Below are positions 11,178-22,368 of a stretch of 64,000 nucleotides of DNA, in pieces. The stretch comes from Squalus acanthias (Eukaryota), in NCBI GenBank assembly GCA_030390025.1, contig CM059432.1, positions 38,442,001-38,506,000 of the forward strand, read 5' to 3'. Made by a program: the position numbers and the translations under genes. The notes beneath the pieces are model-generated. The model searched no databases. It was not told the origin of the DNA and was given only the letters and a program-made list of their open reading frames with translations. The first letter of the stretch is position 1. Every line of letters starts with the position of its first letter.

Positions 11178-13589
11178 GGGGGAAAGATTGGATTGCTTTG
11201 CACCTCCCGTTAGTGCCCTCGGGGGGCGCTAATGGGGCGCAAAGCCACTAGTGCCTGGGTGCGGGCACTGCAAACGGCTCCCGTGAAATTCAGCGGGAGG
11301 TTGGCGGTGGCGGTAGCGCCCCGCAGCGCTGCGCCTCCGTCGGTGATGTCATTGCCATGCGCAGCGCCCCGCTTGCAAACTTCGCTCGCGCCCCCAGACC
11401 TACCGCCGGACGATATGTCCAACAGGATCAGGGTGGTGTTTTGCAGGCCACGGCGGCGAAAATTAAAGGGCAGGTGCCGGGCGGCCTTTTTTTTGGGCTG
11501 CCTGCCAGCACCTGCCCCCTTCACGGTAAAAGACCTAAAAGCATCCCAATAATGGATAATCAAGGAGCTATTGGGGTGGGGTGGGTGGGGGGGAACTTAA
11601 AACAATCACTATCACTAGAGAGAAAGTACTAGGCAAACTAATGGAACTAAAGGTGGACAAGTCCCCTGGACCCGATGGCCTGCATCCTAGAGGCTTAAAA
11701 GAGGTGGCTGCAGAGATAGTGGATGCATTGGTTGTAATCTACCAAAATTCCCTGGATTCTGGGGAGGCCCCAGAGGACTGGAAAACTGCAAATGTAACGC
11801 CTCTATTTAAGAAAGGAGGGAGACAGAAAGCAGGCAACTATCGACCAGTTAGCCTGGAGTCCATCATTGAGGAAGTGGTAGCAAGACATTTCGAAAATCA
11901 TAATATAGTCAAGCAGTCAGCATGGTTTTATGAAAGGCAAATCATGTTTGACAAATTTGCTGGAGTTCTTTGATGATGTAACGAGCAGGGTGGATAAAGA
12001 GGAACCAGTAGATATTGTGTATTTGGATTTCAGAAGGCATTCGATAAGGTGCCACATAAAAGGTTACTACACAAGATAAGAGCTCACGGGGTTGGGGGTA
12101 ATATATTAGCATGGATGGAGGATTGGCTAACTAACAGAAAACAGAGTCAGGATAAATGGGTCATTTTCAGGTTGGCAAACTGTAACTAGTGGGGTGCTGC
12201 AGGCATCAGTGCTGGGACCTCAACTATTTACAATCTATATTAATGACTTGGATGAAGGGACCGAGTGTAATGTAGCCAAATTTGCTGATGATACAAAGAT
12301 AGTTGGGAAAGCAAATTGTGTGGAGGACAGCAGAGAATCTCCAAAGGGATATAAGTAGGCTAAGTAAGTGGGCAAAAATCTGGCAGATGGAGTTTAATGT
12401 GGGAAAATGCAAGGTTATCCACTTTGGTAGGAAAAATAAAAAAACAAATTATTATTTAAATGTGGAGAGATTACAAAATGCTGAGGTACAGAGGGATCTG
12501 GGGGTCCTTGTACATGAATCACAAACAGTTAGCATGCAGGTACAGCAAGTAATTAGGAAGGCAAATGGAGTGTTGGCCTTTATTGCAAAGGGAATGGAGT
12601 ATAAAAGTAGGGAAGTCCTGTTACAACTGTACAGGACGTTGGTGAGACCACACCTGGAGTACTGCGTACAGTTTTGGTCTCCTTATTTAAGGAAGGATAT
12701 ACTTGCATTGGAGGCAGTTCAGAGAAGGTTCACGAGGTTGATTCCGGAGTTGAAGGGGTTGTCTTATGAAGAAAGGTTGAGCAGGTTCGGCCTATACTCA
12801 TTGGAGTTTAGAAGAATGAGAGGGGATCTTATTGAAACATATAAGATTCTGAAGGGGCTTGAGAGGGTAGATGCTGAGAGGATGTTTCCCCTCGTGGGGG
12901 AATCTAGAACTAGGGACATAATTTCAGATAAGGGGGCACCCATTTAAATCGGAAATGAGGAGGAATTTCTTCTCTCAGAGGGTCATGAGTCTTTGGAATT
13001 CTCTTCCCCAGAGAGCTGTGGAGGCTGGGTCATTGAATATATTTAAGATGGAGATAGACAGATTTTTGAAAGGTAAGGGAGTCAAGGGTTATGGGGAGCG
13101 GGCAGGGAAGTGGAGTTGAGGCCTAGATCAGATCAGCCATGATCTTATTGAATGGCGGAGCAGGATCGAGGGGCCAAATGACCTACTCCTGCTCCTACGT
13201 CTTATGTTCTTATGTTCTTCTGCTTCTTCATGCGGGGTGCTGGCCGCGATCGCTCAGCCCGGCACTCCTCTTGAGTGCCGGGCTGTTTTCCCGGCACCCC
13301 GCTCCCCGGTGGTCTAGCAGGGACCCGGTGTGCGCAGCGCTAGGCCCCTCCCCTTTAATCAGGGTAGGGAGGCCTGTAGTACCGCGGCGCTACATGCCGA
13401 TGCACGTGGCGCTGTTGCATGTAGCGCCGCGATATTGAATGGTAGTGCCCCAGGAAGGAGGGGAAGCGCTTCCAATAGCGCCCCGCCTCCTGCTTGGGGC
13501 ATTACCACTCAATTTATGGCGCAGGGGCGCTAACCTTTTTGGGGCGCTAAGTTAGCGCCCCAAAGGGGGCGCGACCGAATTTTTCCCCC
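11178..13589. mobile_element. Family II MITE split by a CR1 insertion
   Basis: TIRs GGGGGAAAGATTGG / GGGGGAAAAATTCGG, perfect TTT TSD; arms are reverse-complement homologs of 8910-9515. Confidence 0.8.
11540..13218 (+). mobile_element. CR1 LINE, 5'-truncated
   Basis: [38 protein letters not shown] motifs; TTCTTATG tail at ~13200. Confidence 0.95.
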
Positions 13590-14474
13590 TTTAGATTCAC
13601 TTACCACTTTGGTGAATAATAGGAGCTAAACTAACAGTGAAGCTGCCTGGATCTCTTAAATTAATATCTAAAGGGAGTTGTGATAATAATCTTATCTCAG
13701 ATCTATGTGCTCTGCCAGGTAACCTCAGGAGAGGGGATCACACAGATTGGAGGGCAGCACATACTGAATGAAAGATTTATTCTGTGTGGCAGATAAAATC
13801 CAATCACCAGGAGCAAGATTCTTTAAAATACAGGCTACAGTCTGTCTCGTAATAATGTTTGATGTGAAGCTTCTTGCTCCCTGTTTGAACATCCATCTTA
13901 GTTTGAAGTTTTGAAGCAGTTTGGTAAATTGTACGCAGGTGGGATAGACAACAAGACATCACGATATTATCAGGATAGGCTGCTGTTCCCTGTTACCGGC
14001 AACTGTTACCTAACAATCACTGTCAACATTTTTACACAAATGTTCTCGATGTGTTTTTCTGCACCGTACATTTTTAGTATGTGGGAGATTTATGATTTTC
14101 AGTTTCAGTAGGAACACTTTGATTCTGTGTCTCAGAAAACTTGCCTGCAAGATATAAAGACAGCAGATAACATCATTACCAAGTTTATTGTGGCAGCAGT
14201 TGGAGGCATGTATGTAAAACTCACTCTAGTATCTGAATATGCTTCCTGTCGGACCAATCCTATGCATGAAATTGAAATTTTTAAATATTTTTTCTTGCAT
14301 TTGGGGTGAAAAATCAATTGAATTTTAACAGATTTCTTGTCATAAATCCAGGGCCCTTACTCTGGAGTTTTCTATTAGAATCGATTAACCTATAGAATAA
14401 ACACAACAGCTACTCAATATACTGGAAGTGAAAGCTGGGAATGCAGCATACTATTTCTGTCGTTAAAAAAGGTA

Positions 14475-14880
14475 AGGGTTAAATCCAGCTTCGATGCACA
14501 CGCAAAGCGGGCGGTAAGGGATCAGCTGATGGGACCCGAGTGCCATTACATAAGAACATAAGAAATAGGAGCAGGAGTAGGCCATTCGGCCCTTCGAGCC
14601 TCCACCATTCAATAAGATCATGGCTGATCTTTTAGCTTAACTCCACCTTCCCGCACTATCCCCATATCTCTTGGTTCCCTTAGTATCCAAAAATCTATCA
14701 ATCTCTGTCTTGAATATACTAAACGACTGAGCATCCAGTGCCCTTTGGGGTAGAGAATTCCAAAGATTCACAACCCTTTCCATTGGAGTCAATGGAGAGG
14801 AAAATCAGGCGGTGTGTATAATGGGCGGCCGATCTTCTACCGCCTGTTTTGAGCCCCCCACCGAAGCTGAATTTCACCCC
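14475..14880. mobile_element. Short MITE interrupted by reverse CR1 3' end (14548-14778)
   Basis: TIRs AGGGTTAAATCCAGCTTCG / GGGGTGAAATTCAGCTTCG; internal CATAAGAACATAAG CR1 tail. Confidence 0.65.
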
Positions 14881-15059
14881 CCGTAATGTTAAGTGCTATA
14901 TTTTGCTCTTTGCAGTAGGGTAGCAGCAGAACAGGGCTTCCACCCACCCCTTCAACCCCCTCAGTAACCAGACTCATTTTTCTAGTTCTGGGTTAATTAG
15001 ATATGGTGCAGTGTGAGCTCCCGGTGAGATATCCTCCACCCAGAGGTAGCCCACCATTG

Positions 15060-15360
15060 CAACAACAACATCTGCTTGCATTTATATAGTGCCTTTAATG
15101 TAGTAAAACATCACAAGATGCTTCACAGGAGTGTTATCAAACATAATTTGACACCAGGCCACATAAAGAGATATTAGGACAGATTACCAAAAACTTGGTC
15201 AAAGAAGTAGGCTTAAAGGAGTGTCCTAAAATGGGAGAGAAAATTAGACAGGCAAAGTGGATTAGGGAAGGAATTCCAGAGTTTAGGGCCTTGGCAGCTG
15301 AAGGCACGGCCATCGATGATGCAGAGATGAACATTGGGGATGTGCAAGAGGCCAGAATTG
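15060..15360 (-). mobile_element. L2 3' end
   Basis: Reverse complement of the L2 3'UTR seen at 1600-1838 and 8100-8372. Confidence 0.75.
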
Positions 15361-16029
15361 AAAATCAACAGAGGGAAATCAGATGGTGCCTCAGTGAGAC
15401 AACTCAAAGAGGTGGAGGGTGCACTTAAAGAGGCTGAAGAGACCCTAGTAAGAATCTCGGATGAAGATTTTGTAGGTCTTGGTCAAGAACATCCCCTACA
15501 AAGGTAGATCGACCCCTTGAGATCCTGGGCCCTAGTTCCCTGGCGACCTTTGCAGAGCCGATCGGGAAGGGGTGGCCAGTAAATGTCCCAGACAGGGTGG
15601 GGACAGAGGCAGGGGGAGGGAACTTAAGGATGGGACAGGGAGGTGGCAGTACTCCGTACCGCTTGATTCTGCCCCCAATATGCCACGTTTTTCATTATAA
15701 CTTCCTTAGTAACCTGGTCACTTTTGAAGCCACCATGCAACAGGCATTCAGCATTGTAGGAAAGGCACAATGAGGTCCACCGGTTGGATCCCAAAGAAAG
15801 GCAAACAATCAATAGTGGCACAATTGAGTGGTAAAATTGAGTGGTTTTGTTTCTCCATCGGACCTGGACAATTTGTTTTTACCCCTTTAAGCCACTGCAG
15901 GTGACAGGCACATACAGCAGCTGCCATTTCCTTCCACCCCTTGACCCCATAAAGTCTAGCTCACCAGTGCAAACTGATATGTATTAGAAATGCATTGAAA
16001 AAGAACATGTTTCCAACTTTGCTACACAC

Positions 16030-16320
16030 AGCAGCATTTCTTCCACTGAAATGCCTTAGGCACAATCTCATAAGAGCAAACTCTGCCATACCATTATGAA
16101 TTATTATTGCCCATCCTTGTGAGTTTGCTGAGTAAAATTCCCAACTGATGGGCTGCTTTTGCTGCTTGGCCACGCTCGCTGGGAACTGAGCTGAGAATGC
16201 CCAAATATTTCATTAAACCCACACAGTCAACAGGGAGAAAAAAAACTTTCCTTCCATCAGTCTGGATTGGATTTCAATTCAGGTCCCAGGGGTGACAGGA
16301 AAGTGTTCCAATTCATTGCT
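16030..16320 (-). mobile_element. Ancient tRNA-derived SINE, LF-SINE-like
   Basis: Minus strand CCTGTCACCCCTGGGACCTGAATTGAAATCCAATCCAGAC head followed by TGAAAT...TCTCAGCTCAGTTCCCAG, resembling LF-SINE as recalled from memory. Confidence 0.4.
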
Positions 16321-16969
16321 CCACTAAGTTGCCTCCAACCCCACCCTTGCTGGTTGCTCCCAATTTATAACATATGCTCCACTGTCTGGTCTCACAAGAA
16401 GATTCTGCCAGCTGAAATTTCTATTTTATACCAGTTGACTGTTATTAGGAAATACCTGAATGAACTCCAGTTTTTCTTTCTCTCCTACTGCATCAGCTAA
16501 AAACTTATCCATGTCAGCTGGATACCAAATTTGCAAATCTGAACTGAAAAATCTCCAAATTAAAACGCAATTCAGAAACTGGTCCAAGTTGTTTTCTTTC
16601 AAGTTACACTGGCCTTTGTATATTAGGAATGACTGAAGTTTTTACCTAACAAGACTACTGGTCTGATCGAAGTAATGACAAATTTCAGTCCAAATCATTT
16701 GGAACATACTGACACAACAGAAACGTGTCTGGAACTGCAGCTTTGCTTCCTAAGAAGTAGGCCTTAGGCCCTGCTCCCAGCCCCTGTCTGATCAGAATAT
16801 TAGAGAGACATAGGCAGTTAATAGGCAGGACCGATAGGAAAGTCCCTTCTGACTGCTGTCCAAAAACAGCAGCCAGAGGCCCTAATTGTGGCAGATATTA
16901 CTTTTGTTGGAGGCCTGTCAAGCCTGCGACAAGAGCCAACTTTCCTTCTTCACTTCCAGGTGCTAGGCC

Positions 16970-17185
16970 CTGCCACAGCACTAATCAAACTCACAAATGA
17001 CATCATCTGTAACTGTGGCTGTGGTGCACTAAAGCTCTTTGTCCTTCTCGACCTCTCTATAGCCTTTGACACGCTCAACCATGCCATCCTCGCCCAACGC
17101 CTCTCCTCCATTGTATAGCTGCGAGACTGCCCTTGGTTCCAGTCTTACCCATCCAATCATAGCCAAAGCATCTCCAACAATGGAG
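16970..17185 (+). mobile_element. L2 RT fragment
   Basis: TALIKLTNDI...LLDLSIAFDTLNHAILAQRL; L2 tail resumes at ~17700-17790. Confidence 0.75.
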
Positions 17186-17189
17186 ATCA

Positions 17190-17665
17190 GATCATAACCA
17201 CTGCTCCCATTTTTTTCGAACAGCAGGTGCTGGTAATGGTTCTGCTGTTGCCATTTACAACTCTCTTAATGTCTCGCAATGTCTCTTAATCTCTCCTGCT
17301 TTCTATCCTACCACTGACCTTCCCTTTTGTTCTTTCATCCTCTCCCCCTTTTCCCAGCATTATACTTGCTTTAAAATCTATTTCATTTCCTGCTTTTTTC
17401 CAGTTCTGACGAAGGGTCTTCGACCTGAAACGTTAACTCTGTTTCTCTCTCCACGGATGCTGCCTGGCCTGCTGAGTTCTTCCAGCATTTTCTGTTGTTC
17501 CTCCAGACCCATCCTTTGTTTCTTTACTTGTCCCATTACCACCCGCTTTTGCCTTGCACCATCATTCCTTGTGTCATTTAATCAATCCTGCCTTCCACCC
17601 TATCACAGACCTTCCCTTTTGTTCTTTCCTCCCCTCCCCCCCTTTCCCTGCCTCTGTCCTTGCCT
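17190..17665 (+). repeat. Penelope-type terminal repeat, partial tandem
   Basis: Pyrimidine-rich block (GACCTTCCCTTTTGTTCTTTC) repeated at ~17316 and ~17607 around a hammerhead motif. Confidence 0.6.
17402..17438 (+). ncRNA. Minimal type I hammerhead ribozyme motif
   Basis: AGTT-CTGACGA-A-GGGTC-TTC-GACCT-GAAAC-GT-T-AACT: core boxes CUGANGA and GAAA, stem II, stem I AGUU/AACU, loopless palindromic stem III (AACGTT). Confidence 0.7.
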
Positions 17666-17839
17666 GTCCAAGCTTTTAGTCCCCCTACTCCTTCTTCGAC
17701 TTGGTGTCATTTTTTGTCTGATTACGCTTCTGTGAAGCACCTTGTGAGATTTTCCTACATTAAAAATGTTGTATAAATGAAAGCTGTTCAGCTTAGTTTA
17801 TTGTGACCTCTCCGATTGGTTAATTTGGTAACGTTCAAC

Positions 17840-18100
17840 ATGTAACTCAGCCGTACAGATCAAAAGGTTCCAAATTCAATTCCCATTCTGGCGTGAGTTA
17901 ACTCATCTCAGCCAGGGCTATGATGAAGAAACTATAATTGGCTTCAGCACTCCTGGACCCGGAAGATGAAAATGAGAGACTCCCCACTCCTGATCTTTAT
18001 CCAAAGTCCCATGCTTTAAAGTATGGATGGGAGGCAAGGTTAGGATAAGTTTTGCTGCAATGCCTCCCTATGATTAAACAACCCTTGCCCAAACACAAGG
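17840..18100 (+). mobile_element. Decayed tRNA-type SINE
   Basis: B-box-like AATTCAATTCC followed by GAGTTAACTCATCTCAGCCAGGG block; family not assignable. Confidence 0.3.
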
Positions 18101-18212
18101 GAAGAAAGATTTGGGTGAACAGCAACCAGGAAATTGGATGGCAATGTTTCTCCTCAGTCCACACTGGATTTGTGCCCTGACCCACTTTCTGTTTAGACTG
18201 TAAACTCATTGG

Positions 18213-18390
18213 GGGGTCATTTTGACTTTAGGCGACAGTGTAAAACGGGTGATATTGATTCAGTCGCCCAGTATACATCTCTCCTGATTTTCATTTCTAT
18301 TGTGGAAATGAAAATTTGGGAGAGATGTATAACTGCCAGCTGAAACAATATCGCCCGTTTTACACTGTCATCCAAAGTCAAATTTACTTC
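18213..18390. mobile_element. Palindromic 178-bp MITE
   Basis: Arms of ~85 bp: TTTGACTTTAGGCGACAGTGTAAAACGGGTGATATTG...TATACATCTCTCC pairs with the right arm; tiny loop near 18298-18303. Confidence 0.8.
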
Positions 18391-18869
18391 ACTCCTGCTG
18401 ATTTTGAGCAGGACCCTAATTACATATCTAAAATGCTAATGAGGGCATTTAACAGACCCAATGACGTTTATAATAATGATTAGAGTTCTAATTTAAAGTT
18501 CAGAAGGAAAAAAGTTGTAATGCACTTTTAATTCCACATTTTTGTATTTTGCACCTTCTGGTGTAATGCACTAGACGGCATTTGGAAGAAAAAACTGATA
18601 CACCAGACTATAGTGGCAACCTGAACCACACAGCACGTTGAATTTTGGCAGGCATTATGAGATCACTTCCAGGAAATAATTTTGTACCATCTTTCTTTGC
18701 ACCAGCTTCAGTATAACTGCAACCCGTGAAAAGGGGCATTTTTCAGCTTTTTTAGATCTGGCAAAGATATGGCTGCTTCATCATCATGTCACCAATATTA
18801 AAAATGTAACCAGCATTGGAACCCCACTGACCTGCACTTTGCTTGACCCAAAAAACAATGTGCCACCAG

Positions 18870-20978
18870 TGGTATGACTCAGAGCAGTGGGAGGCATTCA
18901 AGGAGAAGATCCGGAGGGTTCAGACCAAATATGTGCCCTTAAAGAAAAAAGGTGGGACTAACAAATCTAGAGCCCCCTGGATGCCTAGGGACATGCAGGG
19001 TAGGATAAAGAAAAAAAGGGAGGCGTATGACACATACCGAGGGCTAAATGTTCCAGAATCGTTAGAGGAGTACAGAAAGTGCAGGGGTGCAATTAAAAAG
19101 GATATTAGGAAAGCAAAGAGAGAGCATGAAAAATTCTTGGCAAGTAAAATCAAGGAAAACCCAAAGATGTTTTATAAATATATTAAGAGTAAGAGGATAA
19201 CTAAAGAAAGGGTAGGGCCTATTAGAGATCATGAGGGTAATCTGTGTGTCGAGGCGGGAGATGTCGGTAGGGTTCTTAATGAATACTTTGCGTCTGTTTT
19301 CACAAAGGAGAGGGGTGAAGCAGACATTGCTATCAGGGGGGAGGAGTGTGAAATATTAGATGAAATAAACGTAGTGAGAGAGGAAGTATTAAGGGATTTA
19401 GCAGCTTTAAAAGTGGATAAATCCCCAGGCCCGGTTGGAATGTATCCCAGGCTGTTAAGCGAAGCAAAAGAGGAAATAGCAGAGGCCCTGACTATCATTT
19501 CCCAATCCTCTCTGGCTTCAGGACTGGAGGACTGCTAATGTGGTACCCTTGTTTAAAAAGGGAGAAAAGGATAGACCGAGTAATTACAGGCCAGTCAGCC
19601 TAACCTCGGTGGTGGGAAAATTATTGGAAAGAATTCTGAAGGACAGGATAAATCTTCATTTAGAAAGACACGGATTAATCAAGGATAGTCAGCACGGATT
19701 TGTTAAGGGAAGGTCGTGTCTGACAAACTTGATTGAATTTTTTGAGGAGTAAACAAGGAGGGTAGATGAGGGTAGTGCGTTTGATGTAGTGTATATGGAC
19801 TTTAGCAAGGCTTTTGATAAGGTTCCACATGGCAGACTGGTCATGAAGTTAAAAGCCCATGGGATCCAGTGCAAAGTGTCAAATTGGATTCAAAACTGGC
19901 TCGGAGGCAGGAAGCAGAGGGTAATGGTTGATGGGTGTTTTTGTGACTGGAAGGTTATTTCCAGTGGGGTTCCACAGGGCTCGGTACTGGGTTCCCTGCT
20001 TTTTGTGGTATATATCAATGATCTAGACTTGAATATAGGGAGTATGATTAAGAAGTTTGCAGATGATACTAAAATCGGCTGTGTGGTTGATACTGAAGAA
20101 GGAAGCTGTAGATTGCAGGAAGATATCAATAAATTGGTCAGGTGGGCAGAACAGTGGCAAATGGAATTCAATCTGGAGAAGCGTGAGGTAATGCATTTGG
20201 GGAGGGCTAACAAGGAAAGGGAATACACATTAAATTGTAGGACACTGAGTAGTGTTGAGGAACAAAGGGACCTTGGAGTGCATGTCCACAGATCCCTGAA
20301 GGTAGCAGGCCAGGTAGATAAGGTGGTTAAGAAGGCATACGGAATGCTTGCCTTTATTAGCCGTGGCATAGAATACAAGAGCAGGGGGGTTATGCTTCAA
20401 CTGTATAAAACACTAGTTAGGCCTCAGCTAGAGTACTGCGTGCAGTTCTGGTCACCACATTACAGGAAAGATGTGATTGCACTAGAGAGGGTACAGAGGA
20501 GATTTACAAGGATGTTGCCGGGAGTAGAGAATCTTAGCTATGAGGAAAGACTGGATAGGCTGGGTCTGTTTTCCTTGGAACAGAGGAGGCTGAGGGGAGA
20601 CCTTATTGAGGTGTATAAAATTATGAGGGGCCTAGATAAAGTGGATACAGTGGACCTATTTCCCTTAGCAGAGGGGTCAAAAACCAGGGGGCACAGATTT
20701 AAAGTAGTTGGTGGAAGGTTTAGAGGGGATTTGAGGGGAAATTTCTTCACCCAGAGGGTTGTGGGGGTCTGGAACTCACTGCCTGAAGGGTGGTAGAGGC
20801 AGGAACCCTAACCACATTTAAAAAGTACTTGGATGTGCACTTGGGATGCTCTAACCTACAGGGCTACGGACCAAGAGCTGGGAAGTGGGATTAGGCTGGA
20901 TAGCTCTTTGTTGGCCAGCGCGGACACAATGGGCCGAAATGGCCTCCTTCTGTGCTGTAACTTTCTATGATTCTATTA
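18870..20978 (+). mobile_element. CR1 LINE ORF2 (tether + RT + 3'UTR), disrupted
   Basis: ORFs 18843-19538, 19540-19752 and 19789-20796 are consecutive pieces of one CR1 ORF2; TTCTATGATTCTAT tail. Confidence 0.95.
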
Positions 20979-21021
20979 TTCCATGCTCACACCACTCTAA
21001 AGCAGCTACAAGTTTCAAACC

Positions 21022-21160
21022 CTAATACAATAGAAGCGTCGGATGAGTCAAAGGATGAAATGGAACTGTGGACCAGGGTTCGACCCGAAATGTTGACTTT
21101 GTTTCTCTCTCCTCGATGCTGCCTGACCTGCTGAGTGTTTCCAGCACTTTCTGTTGTTAT
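21022..21160 (+). mobile_element. Penelope-type short insert with 15-bp flanking duplication
   Basis: TACAAGTTTCAAACC at 21007-21021 and 21161-21175; interior homologous to 17413-17498. Confidence 0.65.
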
Positions 21161-21204
21161 TACAAGTTTCAAACCGGTGGATGCAGTAAACCAATGCTTT
21201 TGTA

Positions 21205-22368
21205 GTCATAGAATCATAGAAATTTAAAGCACAGAAGGAGGCCATTCAGCCCATCGTGTCTGTGCTGGCCGAAAAAGAGCTATCCAGCCTAATCCCACTT
21301 TCCAGCTCTTGGTCCGTAGCCTGGTAGGTTACAACACTTCAAATGCATATCCAAGTATTTTTACATGCGGTGAGGGTTTCTGCCTCTACCACCCCTTCAG
21401 GCACTGAGTTCCAGACCTCCACCACCCTCTGGGTGAAATTTTTTTCCTCAACTCCCCTTTAATCCTTCTACCAGTTACTTTAAATCTACGCCCCCTGGTT
21501 ATTGACCTCTCTGCTAAGGGAAATAGGTGCTTCCTATCCACTCTATCTAGGCTCCTCATAATTTTATACCCCTCTATTAAATCTCCCCTCAGCCTCCTCT
21601 GTTCCAAAGAAAACAACCCCAGCCTATCCAATCTTTCCTCATAGCTAAAATTCTCCAGTCCTGGCAACATCCTCGTAAATCTCCTCTGTACCCTCTCGAG
21701 TGCGATCACAGCCTTCCTGTAACGTGGTGACCAGAACTGCACGCAGTATTCTAGCTGCGGCCTAACTAGTGTTTTATACAGTTCTAGCATAACCTCCCTG
21801 CTCTTATATTCTGTGACTCGGCTAATAAAGGAAAGTATCCCATACACCTTCTTATCCATCTTATGTACCTGTCCTGCAACCTTCAGGGATCTGTGGACAT
21901 GCATTCCATGGTCCCTCTGATCCTCTACACTTCTCAGCATCCTACCATTTATTCCCTTGCCTTGTTTTCCCTCCCCAAAGACATTACCTCATACTTCTCC
22001 GGATCGAATTCCATTTGCCATTTTCTGCCCACCTGACCAGTCCATTGATATCTTCCTGCAGTCTACAGCTTTCTTCCTCACTAGCAACCACACGGCCAAT
22101 TTTTGTATCATCTGCAAACTTCTTAATCATGCCCCCTACATTTAAGTCTAAATCATTGATATATACGACAAAGAGCAAGGGACCTAGTACTGAGCCCTGC
22201 GGAACCCACTGGAAACAGCCTTCCAGTCACAAAAACACTCGTCGACCAGTACCCTTTGCTTCCTGCCACTGAGCCAGTTTTGGATCCAACTTGCCACTTT
22301 CCTTTGGATCCCATGGACTTTTACTTTTCTGATCAGTCTGCCTTGTCAAAAGCCTTGCTAAAATCCAA
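21205..22368 (-). mobile_element. CR1 LINE 3' part
   Basis: KKFADDTKIG and [13 protein letters not shown] in minus ORFs; ATAGAATCATAGAA tail. Confidence 0.9.
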
